From: Sedimentisphaerales bacterium
GTDB taxonomy: Bacteria; Planctomycetota; Phycisphaerae; Sedimentisphaerales; SM23-30
Length of the DNA: 64,000 nt
Direction: 5' to 3'
Assembly: GCA_963663965.2 (NCBI GenBank)
Contig: CAXXFK010000030.1
Coordinates: 192,001-256,000 of the forward strand
Translations under genes and position numbers: made by a program
The notes under the pieces: generated by a model
The model's database searches: none
The model's input: the letters and a program-made list of their open reading frames with translations, nothing else
Told to the model about the DNA's origin: nothing
Part shown: positions 1 to 9,323 of the stretch, one piece after another
Position numbering within the stretch: position 1 is the first letter of the stretch
Layout: each line of letters starts with the position of its first letter

Positions 1-631
1 CGGCGGCGTGTTTATCCAGCAGGTCGACGACATCGAAATGGCCTTTACTGGCGGCGAAGTCGCGGGCGTTTTCGCCGTCGACGTCGGTCAGTCGGTAGTT
101 GGCCCGGGCTTCCAGCAGGCGGGCGACGACACCGGCCTGGCCTTCGGAAGCGGCGAACATCAGCGCGGTCCATTGCTCTTCGCTGTCGGCGGCGTCGATG
201 TCGGGATTGTGTTTGAGCAGCAGAGAGACGGCGGCCTCGTTGGGGCCGCTGGCCGCGTACATCAGGGCTGTCCTTTTCATGGAATCTTTGGCGTTGATGT
301 CGGCTTTATGTTCCAGCAGCAGTTGGCAGATATCGGTATGGCCGTTAAAAGCCGCCAGCATGAGGGCGGTGCGGCCTTCGTCGTTGACGGATTGGGGATC
401 GATATCCTCACCGAGCGCCGACTGGATGGCGGCCAGGTCGCCATTGAAGGCGGCGTCGAAAAATTCGGGGCCGGCCGGTTTTAATGGTTTGGGAGGATTG
501 GAGTTGTCGATGATTTCATGAAGAGTCTGGGCGGGGGGGGCTTTGTCGGGTTCGACATCCGATTCGCAACCAGTTAAGAAACTTATTGTGATTAAACAAG
601 TTATAATAGGAAATATAATAACAGCTTTCAA
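1..631 (-). CDS. Ankyrin-repeat lipoprotein (3' end runs off the window)
   Basis: Not in the ORF track. Manual minus-strand translation from TTG at 631 (AGGAG RBS upstream) gives MKAVIIFPIITCLITISFLTGC (lipobox), then ankyrin repeats GRTALMLAAFNGH, KRTALMYAASG, QWTALMFAASEG. Confidence 0.85.
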   Translation of the reverse strand, partial: MKAVIIFPIITCLITISFLTGCESDVEPDKAPPAQTLHEIIDNSNPPKPLKPAGPEFFDAAFNGDLAAIQSALGEDIDPQSVNDEGRTALMLAAFNGHTDICQLLLEHKADINAKDSMKRTALMYAASGPNEAAVSLLLKHNPDIDAADSEEQWTALMFAASEGQAGVVARLLEARANYRLTDVDGENARDFAASKGHFDVVDLLDKHAA

Positions 632-764
632 AGTAGAGATCTCCTGTGGTCTATGTGAATATACCCAGTGTAGTTTCAAATTCTGAAAGTGTCAATGATG
701 TAAGGTTATGAAGAAAATAGCAGTAATCGCGCGGTTTCCCGAACGTGATTGGGTAACCATAAAT

Positions 765-801
765 AAAAAAGGCTCTGTCGATTTACTTGAGACAGAGCCT
801 T
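765..801 (-). terminator. Intrinsic terminator of the FGE-domain gene
   Basis: AAGGCTCTGTC...GACAGAGCCTT stem followed by a T-run on the minus strand, 20 nt after the stop at 821. Confidence 0.75.
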
Positions 802-820
802 CAAAAATTATCATTAACGA

Positions 821-2392
821 TTAATTAAAATGTTTAACCAGATAAATATTGTCGATTCCACACTCGTTACCAACAGATGCACTAATATTCATCATCAGAC
901 GAACCTGCTTAACATCTTTGATTACGTCAGAGAAGGAGTTTGTCGAAGGGCCGTCATAGTGAGCCCAACCCGATGCATCGTCCAGAGGAATGACTGCTTT
1001 TGTCCAGGTTTCTTTGATGTTAGCCGGTCGAATAAACCAGTAACTCGTTCCATTATTCCCTTCAACAATTATTACAGGGTTATAAGTGTTGTTCGTGCCC
1101 TGATTGAAGATATATTCGTCCCATTCAATGGTGTTGTATTGAGATAAATCTCCAGATAACATATCGGTATTGGCGATTTCCAGGGGACTGCCAACCGGGA
1201 CGATTTCTTCGGCGGCCAAGTAGGTTTGAATTTCAGAGATTGGGCTAGTTAGAAATTTCAGATTACCACCAGAAAAATTATATTTAAACCAACCTTGATA
1301 AGTGCCATCATTGAAATCAGAGATAAGAGTTTTTTCGTCCTCAATTTTATTATCTTTAACCGGTCGGAATCCGGCGCCATTATCTTTATCGTAGTCAATT
1401 AAGGACCTGCGCGTTAATCGACAGGACCACGCATTGTTAGTCCAGGCTCCTCCACGAATAATTCGTTGGGTGCCATTAACCGGACCCGTTGGATTTGTCT
1501 GGGGTGAATAGGAATAATAATTTTTATCATACCAGTCGCTTACCCATTCCCAGTTATTACCGATCATATCATACAGACCATAATCATTGGGAGGGAAACT
1601 ACCAACCGGTGACATATAGGGCGCTCTACCTACTCCATAATATCTGGGATGATAATTAGCGTCTTCATAACTGTATAACGGATCCGTACGATAGTTGGCG
1701 TACTTTTGGGAGATGGTGTTTCCCCAGGAAAATCGGTTTTGCACCAAGCCGCCACGTGCGGCGTATTCCCATTCGGCTTCTGTTGGTAAACGGCAATCGT
1801 GCGCTTGGCAAAAGGCAGTCGCGCCATACCAGGTGACCCAGTTGACCGGGTGCTGAGCTCGATTGTGGCCGTCGGTCTGTTGCAGAACAAAAGAAGCTCC
1901 ATATTCATTTTCGACATATTTGATTCGGCTGAAAGTTTGGGCTGCTGTTGTCAAAAACCATGGCCGGCTATTGGTCTGGTCATCAATGGCGTAGACAAAG
2001 CCATCTACTACTTTGATTTTTTCCTGGGCCAATTGATCATTTAAAAAAGCGGCATATTGCGCATTGGTGACTTCATATTTACTCATTTTGAAAGAATCAA
2101 GGGTAACCGTATGAACGGGGCGTTCGTTTGCATCGCCTTCACCGTACGAGTCGCCCATCAGAAATGAACCACCGGGAATATCGACCCATTCTATATCAAT
2201 GCCTGGCTGAGAAGTATCGAGCCATTGTGAAGCCATGACAGCGAAGTCAGCAATATCAACCATACCATCGACATTAATATCAGAGCTTGAACTCTGAGCA
2301 AAAGTATTAAGACATAATACCAACAACGATAAACAGAAAATTACCCGTACGTTTTTAGCACACATTTTATTACTCCTTGAAAATTCCATCAA
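821..2392 (-). CDS. Secreted SUMF1/EgtB/PvdO (FGE-sulfatase, CLec fold) domain protein with N-terminal dockerin-like motif and C-terminal beta-sandwich
   Basis: Signal peptide; DINVDGMVDIADFAVMASQW; FGE motifs F.MG, P.H.V, YEVTNAQY, RLPTEAEWEYAARGG, N.YGLYDM.GN.WEW, RGGAW, GFR. Confidence 0.9.
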   Translation of the reverse strand: MMEFSRSNKMCAKNVRVIFCLSLLVLCLNTFAQSSSSDINVDGMVDIADFAVMASQWLDTSQPGIDIEWVDIPGGSFLMGDSYGEGDANERPVHTVTLDSFKMSKYEVTNAQYAAFLNDQLAQEKIKVVDGFVYAIDDQTNSRPWFLTTAAQTFSRIKYVENEYGASFVLQQTDGHNRAQHPVNWVTWYGATAFCQAHDCRLPTEAEWEYAARGGLVQNRFSWGNTISQKYANYRTDPLYSYEDANYHPRYYGVGRAPYMSPVGSFPPNDYGLYDMIGNNWEWVSDWYDKNYYSYSPQTNPTGPVNGTQRIIRGGAWTNNAWSCRLTRRSLIDYDKDNGAGFRPVKDNKIEDEKTLISDFNDGTYQGWFKYNFSGGNLKFLTSPISEIQTYLAAEEIVPVGSPLEIANTDMLSGDLSQYNTIEWDEYIFNQGTNNTYNPVIIVEGNNGTSYWFIRPANIKETWTKAVIPLDDASGWAHYDGPSTNSFSDVIKDVKQVRLMMNISASVGNECGIDNIYLVKHFN

Positions 2393-2568
2393 AAACCAAA
2401 AACCTTAGTCCCGATCTGGTTGGGACCGGAACGCTCTTTATTAATTATTTTAATTAAAATCCGGTTGCTATTCAAGACAAAATATTGGGATTATCGGATG
2501 AATATACGTCAGAATAGCGCATATTTGTTAAAATGGGTAATTTGTCATAGCATGGCGGATTTGACCGG

Positions 2569-2997
2569 TCAGGCCTGACCGGTGAGCCAGACGAGGAAGT
2601 AGAGGATGCGTGGGGTGTAGCCGGTGTGGACGCCCCAGGTATTGTACCAGGCGGCGAAGAATCCGAGGAAGGCGGCGACGGTGAAGATGTAGAGGGCCCA
2701 GCGTCGCAGGTAGATGGCGACGAGGCAGGCGGCGACGAATTTGCCGAGGACCATGAAGACCATGGCCGGCAGAGGGGTGAGGCAGGCGATGGCGATCTGG
2801 ATGAAGGGGTTGGCTTCTTCGAGATGGCCGCTGATACAGAGGAAGTGCCAGGTGCTGACCGCGTCGCAACTGATGGCGATGGTGAAGATGATGATGGGGA
2901 CGCGAAACGCCGGCCAGAAACCGCGGCTGTTGTCGCGTAAGCGGTTGAGGACTTTGTTTATGCCTGAAGCGGGTTGGATTGACGGGTTGTTATCCAT
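2569..2997 (-). CDS. DUF5658-like membrane protein
   Basis: Hydrophobic helices with D..ST...L....EEANP motif. Confidence 0.6.
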   Translation of the reverse strand: MDNNPSIQPASGINKVLNRLRDNSRGFWPAFRVPIIIFTIAISCDAVSTWHFLCISGHLEEANPFIQIAIACLTPLPAMVFMVLGKFVAACLVAIYLRRWALYIFTVAAFLGFFAAWYNTWGVHTGYTPRILYFLVWLTGQA

Positions 2998-3333
2998 TCA
3001 CATCTCAACGTTATAGCATACCAGTTCAGTAACCGGGGCACTCGCCGGTGAAGATTCAAGATTCGATACACTCAGTATAAAATTTTGAGTGAGATAAAAC
3101 AATAAAAAATTGCCTGGCTTTTGTTGGAGCATGCCAGGGGGAAATGTGTGCAGTTGGGGCGGTATGGGGATGGGAAAAACATTTTTTTGAAAAAATTTTT
3201 ACTGCTTGTTCTGGCGTGGGATAGCGAAACTGGGTGGTGGTCTGGACGGACCGTTTTCGGCGCAATTGCTTCCGGTTGGTAGTAAAGGGTGAGAGGCTGA
3301 TTGATGCGAAAAGGGAAGAAAAAATAGCTCACA

Positions 3334-3397
3334 CAAAGCCGCAAAGCCACGAAGGGAAACAGCCAGGTAGGCTAAAAGGCGAGAAGATAAGAAGGTA
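3334..3397 (+). repeat. Degenerate 8-bp tandem array upstream of the portal gene
   Basis: caaagccg caaagcca cgaaggga aacagcca ggtaggct aaaaggcg agaagata agaaggta; AG at positions 4-5 of every unit. Confidence 0.55.
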
Positions 3398-3448
3398 AGA
3401 AAAACAATACCAATACAACAGTAAAAAAATTAACACGCATAACTGAGG

Positions 3449-4990
3449 ATGATGGATATGGCATTTGAATTTGGACATTTTCGACGGACGCAGCTGAAGG
3501 GTATGGAGACGCTGGATGAGGATTTTGTGGACTGGCTGGTGCATGACTGGGGTGTTGAGCAGATGCGCCGGTGTGAGTGGCTGCGGGATTATTATCACAA
3601 TGACTTCAGCGCGACGCTGTGGGATCCGGCGGGCGATCTTAACGTTGGCGGGCTGCCTTATCGACAGGCGCAGGAAGCGGGCCTGCCCCGGCGCATTACG
3701 GGTCGGGTATCGGGCGGCGAGAATACCGATCCAAAGAACCGGCGCAAGGAGGTGGTGATCGAAAACGATATCGCCTGGCGAATCGATACGATTGTGGATT
3801 TTCTGTTCGGCAAGCCGTTTCAGATCATTTCGCGCTGTCCGGATCCGAACCGGGCCCAGGCGATGCAGCAGATTATCGAAGCGGTCTTCAGCGCCAACGG
3901 CGGTGCGAGTTATTTTCAGGGGCTGGCGCTGCTGGGCAGTATTTATGGCCTGGTGGATGTGGTGTTACGCTGGGATCGGATCGGGGGTGGAACGGGCAGA
4001 GGAGAGGTGGCAGGACGGCAGGGGCGCGGCGCGAGCGGGCCTGAACAAATTGAAGAAGCGCTGCATGCGGCGCGAAGCATGATACTGGAGGCGATTGAAG
4101 CGCCGCGCTGCCTGCCTGTTCTGAATACCTGCGATTATACCCGGATCGATTATTACATTCAGCATTACTGGCTGGAGCATCCGCACATGAGCGACGGGGC
4201 GTCGTGGCTGGAATCGGAAACGGCGCAGGGGCGGCGGGTGACGCCGCGCCGGGAGACGCATGAAGTGGAGATCCTGGCGCCCCGCTGGTATCAGCGGTAC
4301 CGGGATCGGATCTTGCTGGATGAAGGGCCCAATCCGCTGGGCGTGGTGCCGGTGGTGCATATTCAGAACATGCCGCTGCCGTTGAAGTATGAAGGGCAGA
4401 GCGATGTCGAACCGCTGATCCCGTTGCAGGATGAGTTGAACACCCGGTTGAGTGACCGGGCCAACCGGATCGCGTTGCAGAGTTTCAAGATGTACCTGGG
4501 CAAGGGGATCGACGGTTTTGTGGAGCGGCAAGTCGGGCCAGGCCAGATGTGGAGTACGCTCAATACGCAGGCATCGATCGAGGTTTTTGGCGGTGACAGC
4601 GCCTGCCCCAGCGAGACGGAACATATCGAACAGATCCGGGAAGCGATGGAAAAGGCCAGCGGGGTGGCCTCGGTGGCGGCGGGGATTCTGAAAGGCCGGG
4701 TGGGCAACCTGACCAGCGCGGTGGCGCTTAAGGTGACCTTGATGGGCGTGCTGGCGAAGACCGAACGCAAACGCCAGAGCTATGGCCAGGGTATCAAAGA
4801 GTTGTGCCGGCTGATTCTGCTGGCGATGGATAAGACGGGGGTCTTTCCCAACGACGAATCGGAACGGGAGTTTGATATTCTCTGGCCCGATCCGCTGCCG
4901 GAAAATAAACTGGAGAAGCTACAGGAAGCGAAAATGAAGCTGGAAGTGGGGGTGGGGCCGGACCAGGTCTTGAAAGAGCTGGGTTACTAA
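3449..4990 (+). CDS. Phage portal protein, SPP1 Gp6-like
   Basis: 513 aa; N...IDTIVDFLFGKP, NPLGVVPVVHIQN, GQSDVEPLIPLQDELN..LSD, SAVALK, I.WPDPLPEN motifs; first gene of a head module. Confidence 0.88.
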   Translation: MMDMAFEFGHFRRTQLKGMETLDEDFVDWLVHDWGVEQMRRCEWLRDYYHNDFSATLWDPAGDLNVGGLPYRQAQEAGLPRRITGRVSGGENTDPKNRRKEVVIENDIAWRIDTIVDFLFGKPFQIISRCPDPNRAQAMQQIIEAVFSANGGASYFQGLALLGSIYGLVDVVLRWDRIGGGTGRGEVAGRQGRGASGPEQIEEALHAARSMILEAIEAPRCLPVLNTCDYTRIDYYIQHYWLEHPHMSDGASWLESETAQGRRVTPRRETHEVEILAPRWYQRYRDRILLDEGPNPLGVVPVVHIQNMPLPLKYEGQSDVEPLIPLQDELNTRLSDRANRIALQSFKMYLGKGIDGFVERQVGPGQMWSTLNTQASIEVFGGDSACPSETEHIEQIREAMEKASGVASVAAGILKGRVGNLTSAVALKVTLMGVLAKTERKRQSYGQGIKELCRLILLAMDKTGVFPNDESEREFDILWPDPLPENKLEKLQEAKMKLEVGVGPDQVLKELGY

Positions 4991-5054
4991 CTGCCAAACT
5001 ATATTAAGGGTATATCGAAATTTTTAACCAGAATTTTATTCAAGGAGGTCCATT

Positions 5055-5495
5055 ATGGATGACATGAAAGACACAGTACAGGAATCGCAACCGGAACCGC
5101 AGGTGAATACGTCGACGCTCGGCGATCAGGTGCGGCAGTTGCAGACGGAGCTGGCCCAGGTGCGGCGGGAGAATGATTTGATTGTGCAGATGGCTCAGCG
5201 CGGGGTAGTGGATATTGAAGCGGCGGCGCTGTTGATCAGCCGCAAGCACGCCGGTGAGGGCGGTGATGACAATATTGACGCGCTGATCGAGCAGTTGCGT
5301 CAGGACCGGCCGTGGCTGTTTGGCCGGAACGATCAAACCGCGCCGGCGATGAACCAGCCGACCGCGGCGGTGCGTTCCGAACGCAATACCGACCGGATCG
5401 AGATGGACAAGGCGGCGCGTCAGGCGCGTCAGAGCGGTCAGCGTCGTGATCTGATCGCGTATCTGAGATTGCGGCGATTGAAGCGCGGGCGTTGA
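5055..5495 (+). CDS. Putative capsid scaffolding protein
   Basis: Lies between portal and capsid genes; coiled coil, L...RPWLF motif, basic C-terminus; AGGAGG RBS. Confidence 0.65.
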   Translation: MDDMKDTVQESQPEPQVNTSTLGDQVRQLQTELAQVRRENDLIVQMAQRGVVDIEAAALLISRKHAGEGGDDNIDALIEQLRQDRPWLFGRNDQTAPAMNQPTAAVRSERNTDRIEMDKAARQARQSGQRRDLIAYLRLRRLKRGR

Positions 5496-5500
5496 AAACG

Positions 5501-5540
5501 AAAAGGCGAATAGGCGAAAAGTCAAAAAGATAAGAAGGCA
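5501..5540 (+). repeat. Degenerate 8-bp tandem array upstream of the capsid gene
   Basis: aaaaggcg aataggcg aaaagtca aaaagata agaaggca; shares AAAAGGCG and AAGATAAGAAGG with 3374-3395. Confidence 0.55.
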
Positions 5541-5564
5541 AAATTTTGAAAGGAAGGATTTACG

Positions 5565-6716
5565 ATGTCATTTACAGGAAAAGCAACCTATAGCGCCGGG
5601 GCGACCCTGGCGGAGCTGGTGGAGGATATTTCGGATTTGATCGGGATTGTCTCTCCGTATGAAACGCCGCTGCTGGATGCGCTGGGCGATCCGCTGCGCG
5701 CGGCCCAGAGCACCTATCACGAATGGCTGGAGGACAGCCTGCTGCCCAACCGTGACGCGATCAGCGACAATACCTACGGCAATCCGGCGACGGATACCAG
5801 TTTTGATGTGGTGAACGGCGACCGGTTCCGGGTGGGCGATCAGATCCAGGTGGAGGGCAGCGGGGAGTTGATGCTGGTGACAGCGATCAGCAGTAATACG
5901 CTGACGGTGACGCGTGGTTATGCCGGGACGACCCAGGAGGCGCTGGCCGATGGCAAGGCCGTTAATATTCTTTGTAACGCGGCGCTGGAAGGCGCGGACA
6001 AGGCTGCCAGCCGGTTTACCAACCGGGCCCGGCATGGCAACTATACGCAGATCTTCACTGCGTCGGTGGAGGTGTCGGGCAGTATGCTGGCGGCGCGTCA
6101 GGTGGGCCTGAGCGATGAGATGGATTATCAGAAGCAGGAGCGGTTGCGGGAACTGCTGCGCGATCTGGAGAATACGGTGATCAATGGCGGCCAGGCTGCC
6201 GGCACTCCGCAGGGTGGACCAACCACGCGGCGCACGATGCGCGGGATAGTTCAGCATATCCAGACCAACGCGTGGGAAGTGGGTGATACCGGGTTGCCGA
6301 GCGGAACCGATCTGGATGAGGCCAAGCTCAGCTATGTCATGCGGCAGATCTGGGAAAACAGCAACGGCCAGATCGATCTGATTGTGGTGAACGGGTCACA
6401 GAAGCGGCGCATCAATGGATTTGTCAGTTCGAGCCGGCGCTATCAGCCGGAAGATCATACCTTCAGCGATATGATCGGAACCTACGAAAGCGATTTTGGC
6501 GTCTGCCGGGTGGTGTTGTCGCGCTGGGTACCGCGTGACGCGGTGCTGCTGCTGGACAGTTCGCGGATTGAGGTTTTGCCGCTGGCGGGGCGGAGTTTCC
6601 ATTTCAAACCGCTGGCCTCGGGCGGCGATTATGAATGCGGTCAGATTATCGGCGAATATACGCTGGAGATGCGCAACGAGGAGGCGCATGGGTGTTTGCG
6701 GGGATTGAGTGTTTAG
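5565..6716 (+). CDS. Major capsid protein, DUF5309/SU10-like HK97 fold, with an inserted beta domain
   Basis: EDISDLI..VSP.ETPLL, HEWLEDSL, NYTQIF...V.VSGS, ELLRDLE, R.MRGI, YESDFG...V..SRW, GEYTLE motifs. Confidence 0.85.
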   Translation: MSFTGKATYSAGATLAELVEDISDLIGIVSPYETPLLDALGDPLRAAQSTYHEWLEDSLLPNRDAISDNTYGNPATDTSFDVVNGDRFRVGDQIQVEGSGELMLVTAISSNTLTVTRGYAGTTQEALADGKAVNILCNAALEGADKAASRFTNRARHGNYTQIFTASVEVSGSMLAARQVGLSDEMDYQKQERLRELLRDLENTVINGGQAAGTPQGGPTTRRTMRGIVQHIQTNAWEVGDTGLPSGTDLDEAKLSYVMRQIWENSNGQIDLIVVNGSQKRRINGFVSSSRRYQPEDHTFSDMIGTYESDFGVCRVVLSRWVPRDAVLLLDSSRIEVLPLAGRSFHFKPLASGGDYECGQIIGEYTLEMRNEEAHGCLRGLSV

Positions 6717-6736
6717 TAGGGTTATTGAAGGGGACC

Positions 6737-6770
6737 GGCGGCCGGGATTGTGTTTCCGGCCGCCTATTTT
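6737..6770 (+). terminator. GC-rich hairpin directly after the capsid gene (terminator, attenuator or mRNA stabiliser)
   Basis: GGCGGCCGG-loop-CCGGCCGCC followed by TATTTT. Confidence 0.6.
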
Positions 6771-6784
6771 CGAAGGAAACGACG

Positions 6785-7417
6785 ATGGAAATTGCTGGTA
6801 ACGATATTGATTTGTTGATCTGGGAGCCGATGCTGTTTCGTGAATATGGCGCGGCCGGCCAGGTGGTGGTGGAAGGTGACGGCGCGACGATTGACGGGGT
6901 GACACTGACCGATACGGGAGCGGATTTTCAGACGCAGGGTGTGTTGGCGGGTATGGTCGCGCATGTCTGGAACGCTGAGACGAATGCGGATGATTTACTG
7001 GAAGTGGTGGCGGTGGATTCTGAGACGCAACTGACGGTATCGCGGCTGCGGATGAGCCGGGAGGGCGCGCCGGTGAATGCAATGCTTACCGGAACAGGGA
7101 TGGCCTATCGTGTTATCAGCTATCGCCGCCAGATCGAGGAGACCATTCAGCGGCTCAGCCGGATATGCGGTCTGGACCGGAGTGACGGTGAGCTGGTGAA
7201 TAGCGATGTTTTGCGGCAGGTGGTGGCATTGGATACGGTGGTGACGATTCTGATGGGCTGTGGCGAACTGGATAGTTTGATTATGAAGCGGATCGGTAAT
7301 TATCGCAGGCTTTACGAGCAGGCACTGGAGAGTATCTGCCTGATGATCGACCTGGATGGCGATGGCGCGGCTGATATGAACCGTTCGGGCCGGGTGATCC
7401 ATTTGACAAGGGTGTAA
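6785..7417 (+). CDS. Putative head-completion/adaptor protein
   Basis: ATG 6785 with AAGGA RBS; position after the capsid gene; helical C-terminus ending DLDGDG. Function is positional inference. Confidence 0.5.
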   Translation: MEIAGNDIDLLIWEPMLFREYGAAGQVVVEGDGATIDGVTLTDTGADFQTQGVLAGMVAHVWNAETNADDLLEVVAVDSETQLTVSRLRMSREGAPVNAMLTGTGMAYRVISYRRQIEETIQRLSRICGLDRSDGELVNSDVLRQVVALDTVVTILMGCGELDSLIMKRIGNYRRLYEQALESICLMIDLDGDGAADMNRSGRVIHLTRV

Positions 7418-7418
7418 G

Positions 7419-7802
7419 ATGAAACGACAGACGATTACATTTAATGGGCAACGTTTTTTTGAACGGGGCAGACACCGAATGGTCGCCGGTTCGCCCGAAC
7501 GGCGCACGATGGATCAGACGGCGGCCGGGGTGGATGGTGTGCTGGGTGTCGACCTGGGTGGTTGCGGGCGAACGCTGACGCAGGATGGTGTGCTGGTTGC
7601 GGTTGATAACGAGGCGCTGGCCGATCTGGTTACCCGGATCGAGAGTTATATCGATGGACTGGCTTATCGTCTGATCGATGAACGCGGGGTAGTTTATGAC
7701 AATGTCCGGTTGGTGCGGTTTGACGCGCAACCGGCGGTATCGAGCGGGCGGCTGGTTTGCTGTCGGTATCGGATCGAATATCGGCAATTATCGGTGGAGT
7801 AA
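7419..7802 (+). CDS. Putative virion protein (distal-tail / Mu gpN N-terminal-like)
   Basis: Tightly coupled ORF; GVDG....DLG..GR.L...G.L motif resembles tail-tube-fold baseplate initiators. Confidence 0.4.
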   Translation: MKRQTITFNGQRFFERGRHRMVAGSPERRTMDQTAAGVDGVLGVDLGGCGRTLTQDGVLVAVDNEALADLVTRIESYIDGLAYRLIDERGVVYDNVRLVRFDAQPAVSSGRLVCCRYRIEYRQLSVE

Positions 7803-7805
7803 AAC

Positions 7806-8510
7806 ATGACAGGTAATCGAATCATAGGATTATGGGCGGAACCGGTAGTAATGGGGACCGGGCCGGGCGACCGGCCGGTTTTTGTGCCGGGCGTGATCTG
7901 GCTACGGTGGGAGAGTGTGGCGGATGGCATGGTCCGGATTTTTATTAACGGGCAGTTCTCGGCCAGTTCCGATTTGCCTCAACAGCGCGAATTGATGGCG
8001 GCCTGGGACAGCAGTAAGACCGCAATTATTGAAGCGGTGATAGAGGGTGAGAATCCGCTGGATTTGAATCGGGCAGGGCTGTTGGCGGAAATCGGTTGGC
8101 TGAAAAAAGATACCATGCCGTTGGATACGCTCGTGCAAATCGTTAACGATGATACGGATGAGGTGGTGTATGAAGGGCCGCTCTGGAATGGCGTATGGGA
8201 ACAGTGGGGTTTTGGATGTGGCGGGTTTGGTGAAGAGGGATTTAGTTATGACGGTGGTAACGCGCCGGGTATGGCTGGAGGGGCGTTTGGTTTGGGCAGG
8301 TTTGGTTTTGACTGGATTCGGCGGTGTGTGATTCAGCCGGCCGGATCCGGTCTGAGCCGGTATCAGGTGCGTTATGAGGATGGCGAGCATCAACTGGTAG
8401 AGGAACAGCCGGTTGCGTGTTATGGCGATCCGGTATCGAAGTCGTACCGGTTGGAATGGCGCCGCTATGATGTGGATAATGATTGTGTGTATTTAACGAT
8501 TGAATTTTGA
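7806..8510 (+). CDS. Putative virion structural protein with Gly-Phe repeats
   Basis: WGFGCGGFGEEGF...GGAFGLGRFGFD; inside the structural operon. Confidence 0.45.
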   Translation: MTGNRIIGLWAEPVVMGTGPGDRPVFVPGVIWLRWESVADGMVRIFINGQFSASSDLPQQRELMAAWDSSKTAIIEAVIEGENPLDLNRAGLLAEIGWLKKDTMPLDTLVQIVNDDTDEVVYEGPLWNGVWEQWGFGCGGFGEEGFSYDGGNAPGMAGGAFGLGRFGFDWIRRCVIQPAGSGLSRYQVRYEDGEHQLVEEQPVACYGDPVSKSYRLEWRRYDVDNDCVYLTIEF

Positions 8511-8521
8511 GGAGGTTTCAC

Positions 8522-9322
8522 ATGGCTGAGTTGTATCCCAATGATGATCTGTTGCTGGCGCTGGCGCAGGATGAAGGAACGGGCGTGGATTATATCGAGA
8601 CGGGCCGGACGCCTTATTACCTGGAGTTTCGGCGGATGCTTTATCGTCTGCTGGATACGGCGCGGCGGGCGGGCGATTTGCGCGTGTATGCCGATGGCGA
8701 TCTGTCGATTGGCGTGAAGCCCGGCGCGTTCTGGGACGGTGCGGTGTTGCGGGATTATGGCGGCTGTGACCAGTCACCGCTGGTTGATGATCGGGCGGCG
8801 ATCTATGTCTATCTGAACCGTGATGGTGGACTGGTTACGGATGAGTATACCGGTTTTCCGGAGCCGGATGTGCTGCATATTCGACTGGCCCGGATTGAGA
8901 CGAGTGGCGGTAAGATCGCGGCGATAGTGGACTGCCGTGGTCAGCAGTTGTGGAATCAGCCGGTTTCGGGCGCGCATTGTGTGGGGTGTGGTGTGAACGG
9001 GACGCCGATGATCCTGTTTCATGTTGCTGTGGAAAATGGCGCGACAGTGAATCTTCATGCCGGTGACGCGCCGTATGGATATCGGATTATCGATGCCTGG
9101 TCGATTGCTCGCGGTACGGCCAGCGGATCGTGGCAGTTGCAGACCGGGGTGAATCCGGTGAGTGATCTGGTTAGTCTGCCCACACAGAGCGGGGGTTTAA
9201 GCCGGGCAGGATTGATCGATCCGGTTTATGCCGAAATCAGCCTGGGCGGCTCGCTGGCGGTGGTGGGCGACGGCGCCAATGCGCATGTGGATGTCTATAT
9301 CGCCGCGGTCAGGATGGTGTGA
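8522..9322 (+). CDS. Putative baseplate/fibre-anchoring protein
   Basis: GGAGG RBS, ATG 8522; LRVY.DGDL.IGV.PG and IYVYL...G.L..........HIRLA.I motifs resemble baseplate-proximal fibre domains. Confidence 0.45.
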   Translation: MAELYPNDDLLLALAQDEGTGVDYIETGRTPYYLEFRRMLYRLLDTARRAGDLRVYADGDLSIGVKPGAFWDGAVLRDYGGCDQSPLVDDRAAIYVYLNRDGGLVTDEYTGFPEPDVLHIRLARIETSGGKIAAIVDCRGQQLWNQPVSGAHCVGCGVNGTPMILFHVAVENGATVNLHAGDAPYGYRIIDAWSIARGTASGSWQLQTGVNPVSDLVSLPTQSGGLSRAGLIDPVYAEISLGGSLAVVGDGANAHVDVYIAAVRMV

Positions 9323-9323
9323 T

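Noticed and set aside
8..521. Plus-strand ORFs 8..484 and 99..521
   Set aside because: Antisense shadows of the minus-strand ankyrin gene.
533..540. G8 tract in the ankyrin gene as a phase-variation site
   Set aside because: Short, in frame and explained by Ala-Pro-Pro codons.
821..2392. Complete diversity-generating retroelement
   Set aside because: No reverse transcriptase, Avd or template repeat is visible in the window.
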